NCBI GenBank assembly: GCA_043813875.1
Contig: JBDRKP010000085.1
Coordinates: 1-14,060 of the forward strand
Length of the DNA: 14,060 nucleotides
Source: an archaeon
GTDB lineage: Archaea > EX4484-52 > B79-G9
Reading direction: 5' to 3'
The notes under the pieces: model-generated
What the model saw: the letters and a program-made list of their open reading frames with translations, nothing else
The model's database searches: none
Told to the model about the DNA's origin: nothing
Position numbers and translations under genes: made by a program
Shown: piece after piece, positions 7,928 through 14,060 of the stretch
Layout: each line of letters opens with the position of its first letter
How positions within the stretch are numbered: the first letter of the stretch is position 1

Positions 7928-8356
7928 TCATCGCCTCGAAATCATATAGATGCCCATGGCAATGACAAGCACAGGCCACATATAATCCCACCTGAACCAG
8001 GGGACGAAGTTCTTGAGCAGGAAAACGACCCCAAGAGCAATCAATATCCCTCCGAAAAGCAGGTTCCCGTCAGTTCGGCTCTTTTGCGCCTCTGCGGGCT
8101 TTTTCTCACCCCTTGGCGATTCAGGTATTATTATCATCGCGATGATATAGAACAATATGAATCCTCCCGGCTGAGCGATAAGCATCAGCACCCCGATTAT
8201 CCTGACAAGCGTTGCATCGACACCGAAATACTCGGCGATTCCACCAAGCACCCCGTCGACGATCTTATCGTCCCTCGACTTGTAGAGCCTGCGCTCGCGG
8301 ATATTTTCATGCTTCTCGGAAGTGGTCTTCTTCTCATCCTGCTTCTTTTTGCTCAT
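7928..8356 (-). CDS. pspC: PspC-domain protein with C-terminal DUF5668-like TM hairpin
   Basis: RRLYKSRDDKIVDGVLGGIAEYFGVDATLVRI...YIIAMIIIP is a PspC domain. Likely start MSKKK at 8356; the ORF track extends to 8401. Confidence 0.9.
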   Translation of the reverse strand: MSKKKQDEKKTTSEKHENIRERRLYKSRDDKIVDGVLGGIAEYFGVDATLVRIIGVLMLIAQPGGFILFYIIAMIIIPESPRGEKKPAEAQKSRTDGNLLFGGILIALGVVFLLKNFVPWFRWDYMWPVLVIAMGIYMISRR

Positions 8357-8464
8357 TCCATCAGTCTCTAAATAACTGCCTTGATATCTATATTGAATCA
8401 CGATTTATATAAATCTGTCTTGTGCCTGGAATAACCCGTTTACAGTCATGAAATAAAAAAAGAA

Positions 8465-8655
8465 TACGGCAACCGGGATTTTCTGCCGAAGTCCAAAACA
8501 GCTCAGACATTCGTAAATCGAACCCGGGACTCAGGCTATTTCCAACCGTTAATCAGTATTTAAGCAGGTGCCCACACCTTCGGTGTGGTCGCCCTAAGCG
8601 CCAGCCGATTATGCGGCTGTGGGAAGCCCGTATCATACCCCTAGACCATTGCCGT
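8465..8655 (-). tRNA. tRNA-Gly(CCC) with two introns (8538-8619 at 37/38; ~8479-8516 in the T-loop)
   Basis: Reverse complement: ACGGCAA TG GTCTAGGGGTATGATA CGGGC TT CCC A [82 nt] A GCCTG AGTC CCGGG TTCGAT [38 nt] T CCCGG TTGCCGT A. Acceptor, anticodon and T stems all pair. The D-arm is almost identical to the tRNA-Gly(TCC) at 10880. No encoded CCA. Confidence 0.9.
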
Positions 8656-8810
8656 ATCTAAAGCAAAAATCTATTCAATAAATGTCATTATACATTAAAA
8701 TATCTTGCGCAGAGAGAAAACCAGATACCAGCAAAAAATGATATATTTATAAAAAAGAAGCTACAATATTGTCAAGATTCAGGAAAAGATTATTCTTAAC
8801 GGGTGATATC

Positions 8811-9068
8811 ATGGATAAACTAACAGAAGTGATTGAATTCATACAAGAGCTTGCAGAGGATCGCAGGGTTCCAAGGAACATCCGTGCATTAATAGAGGAA
8901 GCATCGACCTCATTGAAAGACGAGAAACAAGACATGGTCGTAAAACTCAGCACAGCGATAAGCCTTCTTGACGAATCAAGCAATGATCCAAACATTCCAA
9001 GCCATACACGTACCCAGATATGGAATATCGTCAGCATGCTCGAATCGCTTCAATCAGAAGCCGAGTAA
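8811..9068 (+). CDS. UPF0147 family protein
   Basis: D..VPRNIR...AISLLDE.SNDPNIPSHTRTQIWNIVS.LE. SD GGTGAT precedes ATG 8811. Confidence 0.92.
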   Translation: MDKLTEVIEFIQELAEDRRVPRNIRALIEEASTSLKDEKQDMVVKLSTAISLLDESSNDPNIPSHTRTQIWNIVSMLESLQSEAE

Positions 9069-9173
9069 GGCATAATAAGTTTTTAAATATTGTGCGCCAA
9101 TATACCATATATTTATATATGTGCTCTGACAATTAACCAGCAACACATAATAATACAACAGCAAGGTGATAAC

Positions 9174-9527
9174 ATGCCTATTAAAGGATTTTTAGAAAGA
9201 ATGAAAGGTTCAAGCGAAGAAAAAGAAGATCAAGGTATAGATTATATTGAACTTGAATCAAGTGATGCTCAAAATGACGGTAAATTACAGATAAGGATCG
9301 AGTCATTGTCAGAATTTGCGGACACAGAACGCATACAAAGCGAATTAAGAGACGGTAACATCGTCTGGGTAAAGATAAAATCCCTAAAAGAAAAAGACAT
9401 GGCCGAGCTGAAAAGATCCGTCGACAGGCTAAGAAAGACATGCGTCGCAGTCAACGGCGACATCGCTGGAATCGACGAAGACTTCCTCATCCTCACACCC
9501 GAGAACGTAAGAATCCATAGAGGCTGA
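9174..9527 (+). CDS. sepF: Archaeal cell division protein SepF
   Basis: DYIEL, LRDGNIV, LKR.VD.L...C....GDIAG, LILTP.NV.I.R. SD GGTGAT precedes ATG 9174, and the gene follows UPF0147 as in many archaea. Confidence 0.9.
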   Translation: MPIKGFLERMKGSSEEKEDQGIDYIELESSDAQNDGKLQIRIESLSEFADTERIQSELRDGNIVWVKIKSLKEKDMAELKRSVDRLRKTCVAVNGDIAGIDEDFLILTPENVRIHRG

Positions 9528-9785
9528 ATTAAAAAAATTTTTTATTGTGTATAAAGTATATGCTGACAATAAAAAAGCTTGAAATGCTCCAATAGCATCG
9601 AAATTTCATGATTTTTATTTAAACAACTCGGGTTGCCCTAACAGCCCACATTCCCCATTTTTAATGTTATCTATTTTATTATTACACCTAGTATTCATAA
9701 GATTCTGTTATAAAAAAATTTAAAATTAAATCAATAGCAATACCGCTTATTTTAAGACAACACTTAGAAATCAAAAAAGAAATTC

Positions 9786-10181
9786 TTACTTCTTCTCAGC
9801 TTTTTCAACAAGAACCGCATCGATAGTACCGTTCTGCCCCGGCCTGCTCGTTACTTTGCAGGCACCGATATCCGTCTTGATTAATGCGCCTTTTGTGATA
9901 ATCTTCTGCCTGATAAAATGCGGGTTAGCCTTGTTTTCAATCACATCAAGAATCTTGGCCTTTTTAACAGTCTTTGATTCTTTATCAAGAACATTAGCCA
10001 TATCCGTAGACCTTAATTTAAGCTTATAGCTCCCGCCAAATACCTTTACCTGCTTGATTTTCTTCGGCCCGATAACCGTCTTTGTAGGTTCGCCACCAGC
10101 TTCAAAGCTTTTGCTCTTCCTATACGTGGTATGCAATCCGCCAGTCGGTTTTCTGTTTGAATTTTTATGCCATACAGCCAT
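9786..10181 (-). CDS. rps8e: 30S ribosomal protein S8e
   Basis: S.RKPTGG, GG..K.KL, V.ENKAN.HF.R..IITKGA.I.T..G...VTSRPGQ.G. SD AGGTGA upstream. Confidence 0.97.
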   Translation of the reverse strand: MAVWHKNSNRKPTGGLHTTYRKSKSFEAGGEPTKTVIGPKKIKQVKVFGGSYKLKLRSTDMANVLDKESKTVKKAKILDVIENKANPHFIRQKIITKGALIKTDIGACKVTSRPGQNGTIDAVLVEKAEKK

Positions 10182-10350
10182 TATAAATCACCTATCGGCT
10201 ATTTATCCGACACCAACTTTTATAAAACTAACTCATAATCATATACTAATCATGAAGTGAGTTCATTAAATATTTATATATTTCCTATCCGATAAATGTT
10301 AATGATTCATAATTGGCTTCATAATTAATAGTAGCATTGGAGGAGATTAA

Positions 10351-10569
10351 ATGGAAACAAGACCACTAGACGTCTTAAACAACGGACGAGGAAAACGTAT
10401 AGTCCTTATCCTAAAAAACAGCGGAGAGATTACCGGTGTCTTGCAGGCATTTGATATTCATCTAAATATATGGCTTACAGATGCAGAAGTATCAGAAGAG
10501 AACGTAACAAAAAAGTACGGGAAACTTCTTGTTAGAGGAGACAACATTGTCTATGCATCACCACAGTAA
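10351..10569 (+). CDS. Sm-like archaeal protein (Lsm/SmAP1)
   Basis: RPLDVL, G.L.AFD.HLNI.L.DAE and LVRGDNIVY.SP (Sm1/Sm2 motifs). SD GGAGG. Upstream of rpl37e, the conserved archaeal arrangement. Confidence 0.95.
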   Translation: METRPLDVLNNGRGKRIVLILKNSGEITGVLQAFDIHLNIWLTDAEVSEENVTKKYGKLLVRGDNIVYASPQ

Positions 10570-10611
10570 GATATAAACAGGAAATAAAATGATCCTGACG
10601 AGGAGAACAAA

Positions 10612-10800
10612 ATGACAGACGGAAAACCATCCTTTGGAAAAAGGAACAAAAGAAGCCATTCGATATGTCGGCGATGCGGCAAACATGCGATGCATATCGC
10701 AAAGAAGATCTGCGCATCCTGTGGTTTCGGCAACAGCAAACGCATAAGGAAATACAGTTGGCAGACAAAGACTGGACTCTCAGCACCCACAAGAAAATAA
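10612..10800 (+). CDS. rpl37e: 50S ribosomal protein L37e
   Basis: [33 protein letters not shown]. Confidence 0.97.
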   Translation: MTDGKPSFGKRNKRSHSICRRCGKHAMHIAKKICASCGFGNSKRIRKYSWQTKTGLSAPTRK

Positions 10801-10879
10801 TTCTTTTTATATTAGCCTGCAAAGCAGCAGCAATAAAACACTGATAACCATACAGCCATAAACTCCTATATAAACACCT

Positions 10880-10953
10880 GCGATCGTGGTCTAGTGGTAT
10901 GACTTTGGCCTTCCAAGCCAATAGCCCGGGTTCGATTCCCGGCGATCGCACCA
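10880..10953 (+). tRNA. tRNA-Gly(TCC), intronless, CCA encoded
   Basis: GCGATCG/CGATCGC acceptor stem, TTGGC-CT TCC AA-GCCAA anticodon arm, CCGGG TTCGATT CCCGG T arm, A-CCA end. Confidence 0.97.
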
Positions 10954-11012
10954 GTTCTTAAAAAAATAATCTACGTCAATAGCCGAACATTCGTCATTTC
11001 ATCCGGAAACAA

Positions 11013-11020
11013 ATATAAAT
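11013..11020 (+). promoter_or_regulatory. Putative BRE/TATA promoter for the structured RNA at ~11041
   Basis: GGAAACAA-ATATAAAT ends ~22 nt before the first helix of the element. Confidence 0.45.
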
Positions 11021-11040
11021 GGCCTCAATAATCATATATA

Positions 11041-11206
11041 TTAGGACTTTGTGACCCACACAAAATCCCAAGTTTAGGAGGTGTTTAGATAGACATCCTA
11101 AACAAAAAACAAACAAGGAGTCCCGGATAGCGAATAGATGTTCGCGGAACAAATCCGCTAAAGCAAAAGACATTTGGCTTCAACCTGTCCGGGCCCGAGT
11201 TTCTAG
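11041..11206 (+). ncRNA. Candidate structured ncRNA of unknown family
   Basis: Two hairpins, an A-rich linker and a four-way junction closed by CCCGGATAG/CTGTCCGGG. G-U pairs are compatible with the + strand. No ATG-started ORF. Lacks RNase P, SRP and tRNA consensus motifs. Confidence 0.55.
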
Positions 11207-11247
11207 AAAAAATCTGCTTCTTCTCTTCAAGACTAATATCTATAAAC

Positions 11248-11425
11248 TATATAAACAACGTCAGATATACTTCTATTAGTCTGTAATTCCACAATATGTG
11301 AAAGAATTATCAGATAGGGTAGACTGCATAAATCCGCTGATGTTAGGAATGATTATGCGGTTAAACAACACAGGAAACGCAATCATATTACTTATTCTGA
11401 TAAACAGGAAAAAGGAAGTGTTTAG
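11248..11425 (+). promoter_or_regulatory. TATA box (11248-11255) and ~150-nt structured 5' leader of rnj
   Basis: TATATAAA, then hairpins 11280-11314 and 11322-11362, and the RBS AGGAAGTG before ATG 11426. Confidence 0.45.
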
Positions 11426-12736
11426 ATGAAATTTTATGCAATCGGCGGCTACAACGAAGTAGGCAAAAACATGAGCGCAGTCGAAGTCGGCAACGAAGTC
11501 GTCATCCTCGACATGGGCGTCTACATGGACAAGATAATAACCCTCGAAGAAGAAGACCGTAAAGTCAGCACAAAAGAGATGATACAGACCGGCGCTCTCC
11601 CCAACGACTACATGCTCAAAAACAAAAACGTCGTCGCGATAGTCCTCTCGCACGGTCACCTCGACCACGTCGCAGCGGTCCCGCGCATGGCAGAGCGATA
11701 CAAATGCCCGATAATCGCAACCCCCTACGCATGTGAGATCCTGAAGAACCTGTTGAAAGACGCCGGCGTAGGCTACATGACAAAAAGCCTCTTCCCCCTC
11801 GCCAGCGGCGAAACAGCATCAATCTCCGCGAACTTCGAAGTGGAATTCATCCACATGACGCACAGCATCCCTCACACCGCGCTCATAGCCCTCCACACAA
11901 AAGAAGGCATCGTAGCCTACCTCAACGACTACAAGCTCGACAACAACCCGACACTGGGCGAAAAGCCCGACTACAGGCGCATAAAGCAGCTCGGCAAACA
12001 AGGCGTGAAAGTATTGGTCTCAGAATGCGTACGCGTAGCCGACGAGGCGCGAACCCCCCCCGAATACGTAGCCAAAGTCCTCGTAAACGATGCCATCGAG
12101 CGCGCCTATGAAGAAAAGACCGCCGTATTCGTCACGACCTTCGCATCGCATGTAGCAAGAATCAACTCCATAATCGAAGCGAACAACAACGAAAGAGAAA
12201 TAATAATGCTTGGCCGGGCCCTCGGCAACTATCTTATACCCGCAAGCAACCTCAATCTCATTGACCTCGACGGCATAAAGATCTACAACAGGCAGAAAAC
12301 CATCGCAAAAGCACTTTCATCATTCAACTCCCACCCCGAGAAATATCTCGTGATCGCCACCGGCAACCAGGGCGAGCCCAACTCCGTCCTATCGCGGATG
12401 TCAAAAAAAGAATACGAATTCAGGTTCAGGAAAGAAGACCAGGTCATCTTTTCATCCGAAGTCATCCCCAACCCATTGAACGAATCCAACCGATACACCT
12501 TGGAACAGAACCTGCGCGAGCAGGGAGTAAGGATGCTCCACCACGTCCACGTCTCAGGCCACGCAAGAAGAGAAGACCACCGCGACATGCTTCGCATGCT
12601 CAGCCCCGAATATGTGTTCCCTAACCACGGGGAGACCGAGCGTCTTGCAAGCTACGCATCGCTCGCCATGGACGAAGGCTATCGTATCGGCGACACAGTA
12701 AGGATATTATACAACGGCGCAGTAGTCGACCTGTGA
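11426..12736 (+). CDS. rnj: Ribonuclease J (archaeal; metallo-beta-lactamase/beta-CASP)
   Basis: IGGYNEVGKNM, LDMG, SHGHLDH, THSIP, DYKLD, TTFASH.AR, TGNQGEP, HVSGH and P.HG. At 436 aa it lacks the bacterial C-terminal domain. Confidence 0.95.
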   Translation: MKFYAIGGYNEVGKNMSAVEVGNEVVILDMGVYMDKIITLEEEDRKVSTKEMIQTGALPNDYMLKNKNVVAIVLSHGHLDHVAAVPRMAERYKCPIIATPYACEILKNLLKDAGVGYMTKSLFPLASGETASISANFEVEFIHMTHSIPHTALIALHTKEGIVAYLNDYKLDNNPTLGEKPDYRRIKQLGKQGVKVLVSECVRVADEARTPPEYVAKVLVNDAIERAYEEKTAVFVTTFASHVARINSIIEANNNEREIIMLGRALGNYLIPASNLNLIDLDGIKIYNRQKTIAKALSSFNSHPEKYLVIATGNQGEPNSVLSRMSKKEYEFRFRKEDQVIFSSEVIPNPLNESNRYTLEQNLREQGVRMLHHVHVSGHARREDHRDMLRMLSPEYVFPNHGETERLASYASLAMDEGYRIGDTVRILYNGAVVDL

Positions 12737-12866
12737 TTTATGTGTTGTTGGGTAAAGCTGCTCAAGACATAACAAAAATCATAACAAGTGACCTAAAGCG
12801 AAGCTTTATGGTCGCTCTGATGATCAACCTTTCAGAAGGTTGTGCTCAAGCTTTCTAAAAGCTTGG
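12734..12866. repeat. Cluster of four short inverted repeats (REP-like or RNA hairpins)
   Basis: TTATGT..TTGGGTA/TGCTCAA.ACATAA; AGTGACCTAAAGC-GAA-GCTTTA(T)GGTCGCT; CAACCTT-TCAG-AAGGTTG; CAAGCTTT-CTA-AAAGCTTG. Confidence 0.6.
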
Positions 12867-12879
12867 ATGTGATGAAAAA

Positions 12880-14060
12880 ATGAAACAGAAAATATACCTG
12901 ATATGCCTTGCATTGCTCACCATCCTCATAATCCCATCTCTGTCAGATTCAGCACCCACGCAGACATCAACAAGTTGGCAGGACAATTTCACCGATATAT
13001 TTGGTATCCCCGACGACTCAGGGACATCAGCATATGACAACATAACATTCAGCGGCGGATACGCCGAGCTGGACAGGTACAGCGGCATACCGTGGTGGGA
13101 TGCGAACTGGAAATACATGAAAATCATTGACATCTCATATCAGTCATCCGGATCTCCTTCACTACCCGTGCCATCTCCCTCTGGATCAGACACAAGCTTG
13201 GTCGGATACTGGCACTTTGCAGAAGGCAGTGGCCCCACAGCAAAAGACGGCTCAGGCAACGGAAACGACGGGACACTCAAAGGCGGGGCATCATTTACTG
13301 CTGGCGGCAAATACGGTCCGGGCATTAATTTAGACGGAAATGACGATTACGTAAACGTCCCTGACGACCCGTCGATATCCGGATTATCAGCAGTTACAGT
13401 GGCGGCATGGATCAAGGTAAGTTCCTGGCCAGCTCCTGGCTCCTGCACAGGCCACCTTCCTTTAGTCTGTTACAAGTTTATTATTGATAAGAGCAACTGG
13501 AATGAAACAAGAGAATACAGGATGCGTTATGAGGAACTAAGCAATTCTATCCACTGGCACGTCAGCTCAGACGGTAGTGATCCGGGCGCAATTGAAGCCG
13601 TGATACCGACATCCTCAATCTCGGTAGGCGGATGGCACTATCTGGTAGGGACATGGTCAAACGTGACCGGGAATCTTTCAATATATCTTGATGGCATTCT
13701 ATATGATTCCGACACATACAATGCTGCAGGATTATATGACGGAACCGCCAACCTGTCGATCGGCAGTTCCGGGAATAATGGCTCTTATGGAACCAAAGAT
13801 GATTTCAACGGCACAATCGACGAAGTCCGCATCTGGAACAGGGCACTCACCCCCGAAGAGATACTGTCCAATTACGAAGAAGATTTAGACAGCAATCTTG
13901 TTGGCTCATGGCATCTTTCCGAAAACGTAGGCGTGACAGCACAGGACAGTTCAGCCAATAACAATGAAGGTACACTGAAGAACGGGACAGCGACATGTTT
14001 CAATACCTACTGTCCTACATGGACAACAGGAAAAATAGGCACTGCAATCCATTTTGACGG
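12880..14060 (+). CDS. Secreted/surface protein with tandem LamG (concanavalin A-like) domains; 3'-truncated, not in the ORF track
   Basis: Frame 1 is open from ATG 12880 to the window end. Signal peptide MKQKIYLICLALLTILIIPSLS, then WWDANWKY, LamG1 (SLVGYWHFAEGSG..AKDGSGNGNDGTL...LDGNDDYV...FNGTIDEVRIWNRALTPEEI) and the start of LamG2 (LVGSWHLSE...GKIGTAIHFD). Many N-x-S/T sequons. Confidence 0.9.
   Translation, partial: MKQKIYLICLALLTILIIPSLSDSAPTQTSTSWQDNFTDIFGIPDDSGTSAYDNITFSGGYAELDRYSGIPWWDANWKYMKIIDISYQSSGSPSLPVPSPSGSDTSLVGYWHFAEGSGPTAKDGSGNGNDGTLKGGASFTAGGKYGPGINLDGNDDYVNVPDDPSISGLSAVTVAAWIKVSSWPAPGSCTGHLPLVCYKFIIDKSNWNETREYRMRYEELSNSIHWHVSSDGSDPGAIEAVIPTSSISVGGWHYLVGTWSNVTGNLSIYLDGILYDSDTYNAAGLYDGTANLSIGSSGNNGSYGTKDDFNGTIDEVRIWNRALTPEEILSNYEEDLDSNLVGSWHLSENVGVTAQDSSANNNEGTLKNGTATCFNTYCPTWTTGKIGTAIHFD

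Noticed and set aside
7064..8371. Long + strand ORFs (131 aa, 289 aa) and other antisense ORFs such as 5783-6196, 5905-6330 and 11276-11668
   Set aside because: They are shadow frames opposite well-supported genes and have no motifs.
9528..9785. AT-rich spacer between convergent sepF and rps8e as a replication origin, SRP RNA or a 27-codon ORF (MNTRC...ELFK, - strand)
   Set aside because: No repeated ORB-like boxes or adjacent cdc6, only short weak hairpins, and no support for the ORF. The T-tracts fit ordinary terminators.
10532..10951. 139-aa minus-strand ORF
   Set aside because: It is antisense to tRNA-Gly, rpl37e and the end of Lsm, a typical spurious call.
11041..11206. RNase P RNA, SRP RNA or a true tRNA
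   Set aside because: It lacks the GAGGAAAGUCC/P4 motifs, the SRP helix 8 motif and a TTCRA T-loop with a paired T stem.
11089..11286. ATA-started ORF with TAG readthrough (pyrrolysine or recoding)
   Set aside because: TAG ends the gene at 5804 at the same position as TAA in its paralog, so TAG is a stop here. The read-through product has no protein-like features.
12817..12880. Hammerhead ribozyme (CUGAUGA followed by a stem) or C/D box sRNA (CUGA, GUGAUGA)
   Set aside because: There is no GAAA directly after the stem. The boxes are in the wrong order and spacing for an archaeal C/D guide.
1..14060. CRISPR array or transposase
   Set aside because: No regularly spaced short direct repeats and no transposase-like ORF were seen.

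Overview
Archaeal chromosomal window. rps8e, Lsm-rpl37e, UPF0147-sepF, archaeal RNase J and BHB-type tRNA introns point to Archaea; a DPANN-like lineage is my inference. Left half: a FucP/GluP-type MFS sugar permease (5'-truncated) and a convergent rpiB bracket a ~2.35 kb tandem duplication. Each copy holds a class III signal peptide (pilin-like) Cys-rich protein and a secreted BNR_4/PL24-like beta-propeller, and both proteins end in a related Cys-rich module. Copy 2 of the propeller has lost two putative catalytic residues. Middle: a PspC / LiaF-like / DUF2807 envelope-stress-type operon and a tRNA-Gly(CCC) gene with two introns (canonical 37/38 and T-loop) and an A1-U72 pair. Right half: housekeeping genes, tRNA-Gly(TCC), an unannotated ~165-nt structured candidate ncRNA that carries a near-copy of the rnj ribosome-binding site, a structured rnj leader, rnj, a cluster of four hairpins, and a secreted multi-LamG protein running off the window (absent from the ORF track). 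All family assignments come from motif recognition by eye; no searches were run.
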